Shown piece after piece: positions 14,929 through 27,721 of a stretch of 64,000 nt of DNA. Source of the DNA: the human T2T-CHM13v2.0 reference genome, Homo sapiens. Both the position numbers and the translations under genes were made by a program. Numbering within the stretch: the first letter of the stretch is position 1; the number at the start of each line of letters is the position of its first letter. The notes beneath the pieces were generated by a model. It saw nothing but the letters and a program-made list of their open reading frames with translations. It was not told where the DNA came from and ran no database searches. The stretch is taken from NCBI RefSeq assembly GCF_009914755.1, contig NC_060926.1; one strand, written 5' to 3'.

Positions 14929-16189
14929 TCATTTACTGAGGTCCTATTATGTGCCAGGGAAGATACTAGATGCTAAGGATACAGTAGTAAGCAAGATAGG
15001 AAAGATCCCTGTACTTACAGAGCTTATGGTACACTGGAGTCTTATTCACATGGTTAGCCTCATGACACATGGGGTCCAAAGATAAGAGAGTCTGTTCTAG
15101 AACTGTGCCAACCTCCACATCCCCTGTGGTGACAGGGAATTTATTCATGACAAAGATGTGGAGTATGAATGCATGCACATAAAAGTCAAAATGTGATTCT
15201 CAAATGTGGGCAGAATTGCGGCTGCCCAAATGAATCACTGTTAGTGATGGGAGTCATTTGGGGCGGAAATAAGCCTGTAAATCATTAGCTCACACTTGAG
15301 GAGGTGCTGAGTGTGTCAACATCTTTGTTCCTGGCTTGGGAGTGGCTATCTGAGGAAAAGGAAGAAGTGAGTTGAGAAGCAGGTTTTCCAGAGGGAATTA
15401 CAGCTGCGATGGCATTGATTTATCTACCTCCTCTTGGTTTCATTGTTTTTCTTTTTTAACCCTAATTGGGATGCATTAGTATTTTGTTATGAAAGGGGAT
15501 TGGTGTTAGCAAGAAGGAAGTTTAATGATATGGAAAACCAGGAGGACCTAAGTCTACTCCTCTGAAGAGCTGAGTTACTATGAATGGTGAAGTATCACCA
15601 TCACCACCCTCCTGATAAGAAGTCTGCAGTGATAGTTTCTAGGATATTGACCAACAGCCTTCTGCTGGAGGGACTTAAAGCCCACTCAGTAGAAAAAATA
15701 ATTATTTTCTGTTGTTCACTAGGCTCCATGTATATTGTTCATCAAAAACTGGTATGATTACTTTCTTTGGGATAATATTCCATATTTTCATGCCTCTGTT
15801 ATACATGGGGGAAGAATGGAAAGACTGCAAATCTTAGAATTCTTTTATTGAGATTCTACAGGCTACAACCTGCTATCTTCTGCCAGTCCTCATCATTGAG
15901 TGAATTACCTATGATCATTCTTATCTCCTTAAGGAACTAGAATCTGCCTTGAGAGTAGTAATCAAAACAAACAAACAAACAAACAAGCAAACAAAAAAAG
16001 CCCCTAAAATGAGCCCATGCCTCGATGGGATATGTGTTCATTCTGAAATAGCTCGATGTGTGTGTATATGGGAGTCTCCATATTCTTTCTTTAGCTACTG
16101 AATATTCATCTTTCAGTGACCTCAATTTATCTGATTACATAATAGGAAGAAGAAAATTATCTTATTAAGTTCAGTAGTCAGGAAACTGC

Positions 16190-16370
16190 AAAGTTTAATT
16201 CTTACTCACTAAATGACCTTAGATTATATCACCTTCTGAGACTCAGTGTCCTCATCTGAAAAATAGGGATTCTAATACCTAACTCATAGGGTTTTTATGA
16301 GAATCATGAGAAGTGTTTAAAATTACACAGTAAACTTTGAAGGACCACACAAATGTAGGGGATGATTATC
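16190..16370 (+). mobile_element. MIR SINE
   Basis: ctgagactcagtgtcctcatctgaaaaatagggattctaatacctaactcatagggtt core. Confidence 0.75.
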
Positions 16371-16597
16371 GTATATCCCTCACAAGTGCACATTTCTCTT
16401 CCTCCCAGCACAGTGAGTTGCTGGCCCTCAGGGGCCAGAGGCTGGTAGGTTGAATTGAATTATTAGTATAATCTGGCTCTGGTAAATTTTTTTTGTTCTT
16501 TTCTCTATCTTGTCTCTTGTAGAGCTACCATTTACTACCTTGTGGCCCAAGTGATCCATCTAAATTACAAATTATAAATGTGACCATGCTATTTTAC

Positions 16598-17278
16598 TGA
16601 TTTAAAAAGTCAGGAAACAACAGATGCTAGAGAGGATGTGGAGAAATAGGAATGCTTTTACACTGTTGGTGGGAGTGTAAATTAATTCAACCATTGTGGA
16701 AGACAGTGTGGCAATTCCTAAAGGATCTAGACCCAGAAATACCATTTGACCCAGCAGTTCCATTATTGGGTATATACCCAAAGGATTATAAAACATTCTA
16801 CTATAAAGACACATGCACACATATGTTTATTGCAGCACTGTTCACAATAGCAAAGACTTGGAACCAACCCAAATGCCTATCAATGATAGACTGGATAAAG
16901 AAAATGTGGCACATATACACCATGGAACACTATGCAGCCATAAAAAAGGATGAGTTCATGTCCTTTGCAGGGACATGGATGAAGCTGGAAGCCATCATTC
17001 TCAGCAAACTAACACAGGAACAGAAAACCAAACACTGCGTGTTCTCACTCATAAGTGGGAGTTGAACAATGAGATCACATGGACAGAGGGAGGGGAATAT
17101 CACACACTGGGGCCTGTTGGGGGCTGCAGGGCTAGGGGAGGGACAGCATTAGGGGAAATACCTAATGTAGATGACAGGTTGATGGGTGCAGCAAACCATC
17201 GTGGAACGTGTATACCTATGTAACAAACCTGCACATTCTGTACATGTATCTCAGAACTTAAAGTATAATTTAAAAAAA
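16598..17278 (+). mobile_element. 5'-truncated primate L1 (L1PA6-8-like): ORF2 C-terminus plus 3' UTR
   Basis: ORF 16652-17065 gives LLHCWWECKL.QPLWKTVW...IPFDPA.PLLGIYPKDYK...WMKLE.IILSKL, the L1 ORF2p C-terminal region; G-rich 3' UTR ends agaacttaaagtataat. Confidence 0.97.
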
Positions 17279-17829
17279 TCATTATTTACTCCTAATTGCA
17301 CACTGAAGAGAGTTCAAGCCCATTACCCGCTTATATTCCTGACCCCCTTTCTTCTCCTCTGGCCTCATGCTCTGTGGTCTAGTAGTACTGCCCTGTTTCC
17401 TGCCTTTGTCTGCCCCATCATTCCCCACCTGGACACCAACCCAGGAAACACAAGGCATTCAATTTGATACTTTGGTGCAGTTACTCATGCTGCTTCCTCT
17501 ATTTGAAAAGCCCTTCCAGTATCCTTTCTTCTGGTTAACTCTCAGCCCAAAAAGTTCAGCTCAACCATAGTCTTCCCTTAGAAGCCTTCCATGACCACCA
17601 GATTCAGCTAATGGGCTAGTCTCAGTGTTTATAGAGCCCCTAGCCATGGTCTTTTTGTCATGGTTTCAAGAACTCATCTTGAAATGATCTCTTTACTAGA
17701 TTCAGACCACCTCAGAAGTAGATATGATGTCTTATGCATCTCACCAGTGGATAACATGATGCTTGGCATATGGTAAATGCTCAAGAAAAAATAAACTGAA
17801 TTACTGCAAACCCTTCATATCAATTAGTG

Positions 17830-18300
17830 TACAACCAAAAGAAAAAGCAGAAACCACTCAATATTGAAAATAGAGGAATTTAATACCAAGACTTTAATTG
17901 CACAAATAATGGAAGAGATGAGAAGCCAAACATGGAACAATGAGGCAAATCAGGAAGAAGCAACAGCAGGAAATTCAACCAACCTTGGGAGGAGGTAGAG
18001 TTGCCAGAGCTACAGGGCTGAGGCTGCTTAGTGGAAGCTGGAACCAAGGAGGGTCTAACTGCAGACAGCTGGAACCTCCACTGTGAAAGATGATGCCCAA
18101 GCAAGAGAGACGGATAGAGAAATGCCATGGTTCTCCCTGCTGTCTGCTGTACATTCTCCTGCTCATTGCTCCTATTGGTGGAAACCAGCCTGGAAGTCAG
18201 CTAGGCTGACTAATGCAGCCTGTGGCAAGCAGTTCCCTGTGATGTAGAACTGAGCAGTGGAAGGGTGGTGAAGGGTCTGAGGGCAAACAGGTGGACTCAT
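17830..18300 (-). mobile_element. Ancient ERVL-MaLR-type LTR remnant
   Basis: gcagaaaccactc...gaggaatttaatac and ctcctattggtggaaaccagcctggaagtcagct resemble old MLT1-type LTRs; family uncertain. Confidence 0.45.
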
Positions 18301-19484
18301 TGGGGTCCCCTCATTCTGAAAATAAGAGAGATAGGAAGGAAAGCTACCTAAAGTGGCATGTGTAATCATTTCTTCCTTCAATCAGTATTTACTTAGTGCA
18401 GGTATTCATGACAGTGTTTTTGTCTGTGACATCCAGATAAGATGATGGGGACTTGCAGATCACATCTCCGTGAATATCACGAACGCACCCAGGAATATTA
18501 GCCACTACAAGTGCACATATCTTCTCATTCCCCACACGAGAAGGACATTAGGATTCACAGGTGTGAGAACTGGCATTGTTGTGGGACAAAGAACAGAGAA
18601 ATCACCTATGACAGAGACAAGTTTCATAACCAACCCAACTGTCCAAGTTTACCATCGTCACTTAGAGGCTGAGAACTGCAAGGCATGGTTAGAAGATTCT
18701 CCATGTATAAATGGGCCATGTGATGTCTACAAATTAGGGCAAAACATTGAAGGAAGATTGTAGAGACTTTATGTGAGAAGGACTTATCTCAATTATTTAG
18801 GTATTGATAGTGGCAGTACCCTGCCTGGAGCAGCCACTGCAGGGATGCCAACTGCAGTGGGGGAGGCGCAGCCAGGGCCGTGCACTCCATGGAGCTGGCA
18901 GGAGCTGGGAACAGGTGGGAGCCCCACCCTCAACCGAGTTGATGGGGTGAGAGCCCCATGCTCCCGGGCACAGATGCAGTCACCCAGCAATGGCTCTGGA
19001 CTTGGGTATCTCTACCCTCTTGGGGGCCCCAGGAAGCCCCTTGCCCCCACAGGCTTGAAAGTGCCTGATCCCGCTCCCTGGCCTCTCCCTGCTCCTGGTG
19101 CCCTCTCTGGAGAGGAGCAAAGATGTGGCCGAGCCTGGGTGCTATTGCAATCCAGCTGGGTGTGCATGTGCTCAGGGTGGTGCTGACACCTCAGCCCCCT
19201 GGTGCCTTGGTACCCTCCAGACTTTGGGCACTGACAAGCACAGGAGGGAGCCCAAATGGGGACTGAGAGTGGCTCAGGGCATGTCTGTAGGTACCTGTCG
19301 GCAAGAACAGCCTGGGCGCTATGGATGGAATGTTGATGGCAGGAGGCAGAGAGTTTCCTGCGTGGAAAGGGGTGAGTCCCTGGTGAAACCCCACCATAAG
19401 CCTGGGGGCTGCGCTGCCAGTTCTGGTTGAAGTCTGCGGCTGGAAGTGAAAACTTACGGTGCTATTTTTGGGCCCACCCATGGA

Positions 19485-19523
19485 CCAATCAGCATGCACT
19501 TCCTGCCTTCTGAGTCCATAAAA
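19485..19523 (+). promoter_or_regulatory. LTR core promoter motifs (CCAAT box and TATA-like cataaaa)
   Basis: ccaat at 19485-19489 and cataaaa at 19517-19523, at the expected U3 position; activity unknown. Confidence 0.45.
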
Positions 19524-20158
19524 ACCCCAGACTTAGCCAGACTGGAACAGACGTGGGCACTATCAGCCGCAGGCAGGAGCTACCCACTTTGGGTCTCCTC
19601 GACTCTTTGGGACAACTTGCCTGTGGAAAGGAGCTACCCACTGTGGGTGTCCTCTCTGCTGAGAACTGGACACTCATTGGGATGACCTGCCTGTGGAAAG
19701 GAGCTACCCACTTCTGGTCTCCTGAATGCTGTTCTGTTGCTCAATGAAGCTCTTCTCTGCCTTGCTCACCCTCCAGTTGTCTGCATACCTCATTCTTCCT
19801 GGATGAGGGACAAGAACTCAGGATCTGCTGAATGGTGGGACTGAAAGAGCTGTAATGCAAACAGGGCTGAAACATGCCCCTTGCTCACCATGTTGCAGGT
19901 GATGAGAAGTCTCGAAGAGAGAGGGAAAGAAGAGCTGCAGCCCCAGACCTAGGAGCTCCCTGAGCTGGGGCTATGACACCCTCTTTGGGGATCTATGGCT
20001 TCTGGTGTCTCCAGGCTTCTGGGTGCCACCATGTTCCCTGGTGCCTGCAGTGGAAGCCACTTGCAGTATACATGATCCAACCACAGCCTCACAAAGATCT
20101 GGCGCCTATGCCAGCACCTGGAGCTGACCACCCTGCCACAGCCAGAATGCCTGGCACT

Positions 20159-20323
20159 AGGTGGTTTCATAAATATTTGTTGGCTGACTCACTGCTTTCC
20201 TGTTTGCATTAATTCAGAATGAAATATGAGAAAGATAAAGAAGTGACTGACCTTCCTAGCAAACACTTCCCTGGGAAACTGTTGTCTAGGCCTTCTTCCA
20301 CTCCACCAAGCTGGGCCAAGCTC
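20159..20323 (+). repeat. 165-bp direct copy of 21783-21947
   Basis: Manual alignment: ungapped, about 6 mismatches in 165 bp, offset 1624 bp. Confidence 0.97.
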
Positions 20324-20459
20324 GGCCACATCTTTGATCCTCTCCAGAGAGGGCACCAGGAGCAGGGAGAGGCCGGAGAGTGGAATCAGGCACTTTCAAG
20401 CTTGTGGGGGCAGGGGGCTTCCTGGGGCCCCCAAGAGGGTAGAGATACCCAAGTCCAGA
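20320..20459 (-). repeat. 140-bp inverted copy of 18995-19134
   Basis: Manual alignment to the reverse complement: ungapped, about 7 mismatches in 140 bp; the ORF track shows GSGLGYLYPLGGPRKP on both strands. Confidence 0.97.
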
Positions 20460-21306
20460 CCCTGTGCTCACTCACACATCCTTCACTACTCTACACCTGG
20501 CTTGCCCATGGCAGATGTGGGATCTGGGCCGGTAGCAGGAGCTGAGCACAGCCTGCTGGACTGAGTGGGCAGAACAAGCCCAGTGGGCCTGAGCAAAACG
20601 CATGCAAAGGCACCACCTGTCACAGAGGTTTTGAGGTGGAAAAGTGACACTCCCAAGGATCCTGTGACAGTATTTCAGCTTAAAAGATTCGTTTTTATGG
20701 AGTTCTATTATTTGGACAATTGCCTTAAATATGAATTTCAACTTCTTTGTATAGACATAACCTACATCATACTGCAAGAGATAAAAAATTTTATAGGGAA
20801 AAAATGTTACACAGACCTCACGTTCCATGAATGGTTCAACTTACACAAATGTAGTACATTATTCTTGTGATTCTAATGTGGCTTAGCACAATTTTTTGAA
20901 CATTATGACTAGCATAGCAAGCTTTTAAAAAATATAAAATAATTTCTTAAGCATTGGGGTATCCATCTATTTTTGTCTAATCTTGGCTATACAAATGCCA
21001 CAATAATTGTTTTAAAACATTGAAAATGTTTAAAATTATTGAATCATGAACAATACACATCTGTATTCAGAATTGCTGCTTATATTTTTAAAGTTTGGCG
21101 AAGAGAAAGTATAAAAGTAATAGAATCTTGTTTACATTGATGATTATTTAATCATGGGGATGCTGAGCACATAAAATATTTCTTATTGTTAAAATCCCTA
21201 CATGACATTTAAAAATACATGGATTCAAGGTGCTTTATTTTATCTTCAGCATACCACTTATCAGAACTTAATATTTTTATTTGTATTTTTTTTACATGTT
21301 TATTGC

Positions 21307-21692
21307 TGATATGGTTTGGCTCTGTGTCCCCACCCAAATCTCTTGTTGAATTGTAATTCCCAATGTTAGGGGCAGGGACCTTGGTGGGAGGTGATTGGAT
21401 CATGGGGGTGGATTTCGCCCTTGCTGTTCTCATGATAGTGAGTGAATTCTCACAAAATCTGATGGTTTAAAAGTGTGTAGCACTCCCCTCTTCACTCTGT
21501 CTTTCTCCTGCTGACATGTGAAGACGTGCTTGCTTCCCCTTCATCCTTCTGCCATGACTATAAGTTTTCTGAGGGCTTACAGCAATACTTCCTGTAAAGC
21601 CTGTGGAACTGTGAGTCGATTAAGCCTCTTTTCTTCATAAATTACCCAGTCTCAGGTAGTTCTTTATAGCAATGTGAGAACGGATTTATATA
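21307..21692 (+). mobile_element. MaLR solo LTR (MSTA-like)
   Basis: tgatatggtttggctctgtgtccccacccaaatctc...aattacccagtctcaggtagttctttatagcaatgtgagaacgg; TSD attgc/attgt. Confidence 0.92.
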
Positions 21693-23489
21693 ATTGTCAT
21701 TCTGCACTCCTGTGGGGGGAGGTGTCCTTCTCTCTTGTTTTCTGCTCTGTCCTTGGTGCCTAGAACAGTCCCAGGCACACAGAGGTGACTTCATAAATAT
21801 TTGTTGGCTGACTCACTGCTCTCCTTTTTGCATTAATTCAGAATGAAATATGAGAAAGATAAAGAAGTGACTGACCTTCCTAGCAAACTCTTCCCTGGGA
21901 AACTGTTGTCTAGGCCTTCTTCCACTCCACCAAGCCGGGCCAAGCTCTGAATACCCACTTACGGGTGCAGACACTAAAAGAAGAGAAAGCCTGTTAATTG
22001 CAAACTGTTTTTCAGTGTTGCTGAAAGGTCACCATTATCAATTATGACATATTTGAAGAGAAGGAAGTCCTGTCTATATGGCAATATATTCCATGGTGTC
22101 TAATTTGTTTGCTGTAATAAGGCCAGGCCCAGTTATTGATGAATCAATCATCCGTGTCTTGTATGCTGATGACACCACCTAAGTCTCTCTCTCAGGATAA
22201 TGGTGTTGCATACGGAGCTTGGTGCTGGGCTGTATATTATTAAACTCCATAAACATGTTGAACATTAATTGCAACTGCTGTGCAAGAAAACATTTTTTTC
22301 CTTTTTGTGGTGGAGAGTTAAGTAATTTATACAGGATAACTAAAGCCTGTCTTTAGGCAGTGGTGAAATGCTGTTAAATCAATCCATATGGCCGGTCTCC
22401 GCAAGAGAATCAATTGTATGACCTGCATGGGTGAATGACATAGGGCATCTCAGCCGTGCTGAGTTCTTTCTTGCTGTAAACGGACTAGCCCTTGAGGTGT
22501 TATCTCCACATATTTCATGAGGAAAGAAGTAGCAAAAATTACAGGGTCAACTTAAACGAAAAATAAATGCTCATCTCAGTTAATTCAAGTGAACAGGAAT
22601 TTTCCTTGATTTTCTTTTCGGTGTGTGTTCTGCCTTCAGTATCTAAATAATGATCTTAATGCTTCATTTCACTTTTCTGGCACAAATAGCTTAGTTCAGG
22701 GGAATAAACATCTTCTGATAAAGGCAGGAGGTGAGGCCTGAGGCCAGGCCTGGGACAAGGGCCTTGAGCTTTTAGTTCCCTGGAAAAGCAGCATGTAAGT
22801 TTGGTGCTACCTTTTGATTACTTTCTTTCTGCATGTTAGGGCTTTGCTTCAACTCTTTTATTTTCATTGTAGTCTTTCAACTAATTTATTAGTTTTAAAA
22901 GTGTTTTAAAGGGCAACTTTGAAGAATGCCATCAGAGAAAGCAAACTGCTTTCTCACTCCTCTGTCCTCCTAACCTCCCAGCTTTGCTGCTGGCTTGGTT
23001 TGATTTAATGTATTAGGGAATAATAATACTCCCCTAATTATAAGGACTCACCTGCATTTTCTAAGAAAAATATGCTTCTTAATTGGTAAATTCGGAGTTA
23101 GTTTTCCCTATGCATCCACAAATGGCATTTACATAGAGTTGTAGACTAAGGAATAATTTAAGTCACATAGATTTATAAAAATTTAGCGACTCTCAGTTTT
23201 CAACAGAAGCCTGGTTAGATTGTATCTTGGATTTTCTTTATTGGAGAATGAAGAAAATAAATCTTATAAAATGCAGGGCAGGTCAAGGCACGTGCATTAG
23301 TTTTTTACTCCTTGATTTTCCATTGGGAAGCATGAATTGGAAAGCCAGGATGAACTGTTTTGACTGTGATTTGTAGATTATATATATATGTATAGGTTTT
23401 CTCTGAATTTCTTCATGCAACCCTTATTCTGATAGTATTACTTCTTCTTTGAATAGGCGTGTGTGGGTGGAGAAGATTCCCTTCCATCA

Positions 23490-23850
23490 GGTATTAGTCC
23501 CTTTTCATACTGCAGTGAAGAAATACCAAGATTGTGTAATTTATAAAGAAAAAAAGGTTTAATTGAGTCACAGTTACACCTGGCTGGGGAGGCCTCACAA
23601 TCATGGTGGAAGGTGAAGGAGGAGCAAAGGCATGTCTTACATGGTGGCAGGCAAGAGAGCATGTGCAGGGGAGCTGTTCTTTATAAAACCATCAGATATC
23701 ATGACACTTATCACTATCATGAGAACAGCACAGGAAAAACCCACCCCATGATCCAATTACCTCCCACTGGGTCCCTCCCATGATACATGGGGATTATGGG
23801 AGCTATGATTCAAGATGAGATTTGGGTGGGGACACAGCCAAACCATATCA
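23490..23850 (-). mobile_element. MaLR solo LTR (THE1D-like)
   Basis: gtattagtcc...ggggaggcctcacaatcatggtggaagg...ggggacacagccaaaccatatca. Confidence 0.93.
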
Positions 23851-23899
23851 CACTATTTTATTGGATTTTGATGGTGTAGACAACTGCATTAAGCATAGC

Positions 23900-24370
23900 A
23901 CATAGAAGTGGTCATGTGGTGGGGACCAGATTAATCTTAGTGCCCCATCCCCTTGGTTGTAGTGATCAGCCCAGGGATGGATTTGAGACTCACACCAAGT
24001 CAATGAGAATTTTTCCATGGAATTTTTTGTATGGACATATGTTTCTTTGTTTGCTACCTGAGATGTTATAAGTCTGGATTGTCTAATAGGGCATTCCCTA
24101 GCACCCTCTCAGACTATCCTTACTCATGGAGGGAATGTTGTAAGAGGGAGAGAATGACGGCAACACACCAACAGAAGCAGTAGGCAGGAGAGAAAGAAAG
24201 AATGAGAGAGAGATAGCAAGAGTGAGAGCACACACAAGTGAGAGGGAACTATGGAAAGTGTTTAAGTGCCCATATTCCATGCTTTCTTGAAGCCAGCTCC
24301 TCTGAACGCCCGTGTTTAAAGTGCTCATTACATTTTAGAGGTTTTGAGTTAGTTTTCTGTCATGTTCAAG
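23900..24370 (+). mobile_element. Old MaLR LTR (MLT1J/K/L-like)
   Basis: ccatccccttgg...gtgatcagcccagggatgg...caatgagaattt...cttgaagccagc...ttgagttagttttctgtca. Confidence 0.55.
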
Positions 24371-24385
24371 TACAGGTTCAAAGTA

Positions 24386-24465
24386 ATATATATCTCAAGT
24401 GTGTGTGTATATATACATATATATCTCAAGTGTATATATGTATGTGTGTGTGTATATATATATAT
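24386..24465. repeat. Mixed (TA)/(TG) low-complexity repeat
   Basis: Two copies of atatatctcaagtgt embedded in TA/TG runs. Confidence 0.9.
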
Positions 24466-25349
24466 AGCACTAATATTAAGCACTAATCACTGCCTTATTT
24501 GCCTAGGAAGTACCAACAAGCCTCAGATTTTTGGGAGACCCAGGGTTTCAGAGAAAATATAGAATGGCCTTGGGGTTTAACCTGCCTGAAGAGGAAGTGG
24601 CAAGAAGTTGCATTTACACATCAACCTTAGGCACAAGTAATTTTTCATCCTAACCAACACCCTAACATTCTTCTGTAATGCTCTCAAGCTTTTAAGACGT
24701 GACTTTTTTTTTCCTTCAGTTCCTTTTATGTTTCTAGATGCAGCTGTCAACAGTCACTTCTTTATTTTCTTGCTTCTATTTCTTAGTTTTGTTTCCCATC
24801 TTTTGAGATATACATGCAAGAATGGTAATTATTACCAAGCCATGTTGACTATTACCTTTGAGCAGGGGAAAATATGCCTCCCCTAATTCTCTAGGAATGC
24901 AGAGAACTAAGAAGCCATGATCCTTTGATAATTTGGTGATCAGAGTCTTTGCTTTGTTCCCCTGATCTTGGACTTCTACAGATTTATGACTACATGTTGT
25001 AAAGATTAGTTGCCTTCTTTGCAGAAGACTCAGGATCTGATGTCAGGTTTGTCATGTGGCCTTGAAAATGTGAATCAAGGTTGAGAAGATTCAAAGGTTG
25101 AGGGAAGCTTCTACCCCTAGGAATTGCCTCTTATCTTTCAGATGGTGCAAGATTTTGCTCTGCTGTGTGCTGGTTCATTTTTTAGATATGTGACCGTTTT
25201 TGATAGCTATTGAAAAGTAATGCAGAAGAGAGAGCCCTTTGAGGAGATTTAAGGTCTCCCATTTGCCACCCATATTGCCAAGAGTACAGCTTCATTATGA
25301 TGTTTACTGGGGAGGGAGATGGCAGAGAGTGGAATGAGTATTGGATGTC

Positions 25350-25600
25350 AAGTTGGAGAGCCTGGGATGGGAGTCTCAGCTTTGCTCTAACTAGCTCTGA
25401 GGCAGTGGGCATGTTACTTATGTTTTGGAAACCTCAGATCAAGCATCTGTGAAATGAAGGAGATGGTAGTACTTGCTTCATGGACTTGTTGTAAGATACA
25501 AAATAAAAATGAGATAATAAATATGAAAGTACTTTGTGTATGGAAGAGAGTGGCTGAAACATAAGGCAGTGTTCTTGTTAAGATGCCATACATTAAATAG
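25350..25600 (+). mobile_element. MIR SINE
   Basis: ctaactagctctg...gggcatgttactt...aacctcag...catctgtgaaatgaagga...gagataata. Confidence 0.7.
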
Positions 25601-26506
25601 GCGTAACACATTCCAGAAGCATAACACAAAATAAAAATCAACTCTGCCTGGCGGAAGTTTGTTTCTTTGGAACAAAATATTTTTATTAGGATCTAGTAGT
25701 TTGAGGAGGTAAAAGATTCTGTGTTCATAATCTTTGTGTAGCTTTAAAATGAAAAACTCTTTGTCTATACTGGGGGACAGGTAAAGTCTGTGAATTGAGC
25801 CAGCATGTGCATACACTGTGAGTGAGGAGATTGTTCTGCTTAAAAACTGCTAATATGTATTTACTGGTTTGGTGCATTCAGAATTGTTTATTCAGATTGT
25901 ATAATTTCATAAAGCTCAATATTGATGTGTAGACACAGGCAGTTCTGTTGGTTATTTTGGCTGTGCTTTAATGTTTTCCCAAGAGAGAAATTGGGATCCG
26001 GGTTTTCCTCGTTGCAGCATGTGCAACTCTACACCATGCACACACATGCGCACGCTTCCCACCCACCCACAGAGATTGCCAAATCACTGCAGTATTGAGG
26101 CTTCTGTGATATTAATCAGGAGCGTTGTGAATCATCTAAGAATCTGCAAGCCGTGGAGACTGACTTTGCCTGGGCATGAAGACTGCCACTCCCCTTGGTC
26201 ATTAGGTCAGATGGTATAGGCGCTATATCTTGCCATCCCCAAACCCCCAGGGACCATGAAGCCAGGAAAGGGATGCAATGTTCAAATTCAAAACTTTACA
26301 AGGGGATGCTGTCTCTCATAGCCCTCCTGGATGGTCACAGAACAGCTTGATTGCATGGGCACATGATGAAAGGCTCACTGTGATACACTAGGGTTCTCTG
26401 CCTCTTTTCATGGGTGATTTTGAAAAATAGCTCCAGAACAGCTAATTACAAAATAAATAAAAAGAAGTCTCTCTGCCCAGAAGAGTTCTGAAAACAAAAA
26501 TAATGT

Positions 26507-26508
<2 letters not shown>

Positions 26509-26537
<29 letters not shown>
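26509..26537. repeat. T29 mononucleotide run
   Basis: 29 consecutive T followed by acacag; no retroelement body adjacent. Confidence 0.97.
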
Positions 26538-26542
<5 letters not shown>

Positions 26543-27010
26543 GCATCCTTTCCAGATAAGCCCAAGGCCAAGAAATAACTCCCTGAGAGCAGGTTAGAAG
26601 GGGAAATCTGTGGACATTTTAGAAATAGAGTTTGCCAATTTATTCACATGTATAAAAGATGATTCTATCAATACAGGGAGGCCTGGACTTTCATTAAGAA
26701 GAAGAGAATGCAGAAGGGTTTTAACTAGCCAGTTACTGAGAAATCTGTAGAATTATTTGGCAAAAATAAACACATAAATAGCAGGGTAGGCAACAGTGAG
26801 TAATTAAATGTGCACTGTAATACAAGACTTCTTTAAGAACTTCCTGGATAAAGGAAAACAGCAAACCAAATGTATAATCCACTAGCTAGGTCCGGTTAAG
26901 AAGGAATCAGCAAGAGAATCCCATGGAAGGCAGATGCTAGTGTTGCAAATTATTTTGTTTTCTAAGCATCTATTCCCCATTAACGCCACCCAGACTTAAA
27001 ACACAGGCTT

Positions 27011-27330
<320 letters not shown>

Positions 27331-27721
27331 TTATCAGCTCCTTGCGGGGGGGAAAGGGAAGAAAGGAGAAGCTACAGGGAGAAGAGCTATAGAGAGTGGC
27401 AGTAAAAAAAGAGGATGAAAGAAGAAAAGGGAAATCCTGGGGAGAAGGTTGGAGAGGGAGTGACAGAGAGAAATGCAGGAGCCTAAGGGAGCAAGATGGG
27501 GCACTATGAGGGGAATTGCCCCAGGGAAAGCCTGTGTCTCAGCCCAAGATGTGAGTGAGACCTTCCCTTTGGGGGCTGCAATTGGTTGTGAATTTGATGT
27601 CTAAGTAGGTTTAGCATGCTTTCTTCCAGAGCGTGTCTTCCTCTGAAGTTTCCTACCAGAGCCCCAGTCTCAGGCAGAAACATGTGAACTTCCCTCCAAT
27701 ATCTGTCTTGTGCTCCTGCAG

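Larger units (their letters stand above)
18805..20669 (+). mobile_element. ERV1 solo LTR (MER52-like) carrying a complex internal insertion
   Basis: TG...CA termini (tgatagtggc...ggatcctgtgaca) with 4-bp TSD gtat; GC-rich body, three aggagctacccact repeats, tggtgaaaccccacc motif. Confidence 0.88.

Noticed and set aside
16652-17065. 137-aa ORF with clear protein-like sequence
   Set aside because: It is the C-terminal end of L1 ORF2p in a 5'-truncated L1PA; no promoter, endonuclease or reverse-transcriptase domain.
18773-20870. Dense overlapping ORFs on both strands
   Set aside because: Expected from GC-rich LTR sequence with few stop codons; the repeated peptide comes from the inverted duplication; no gag, pol or env motifs.
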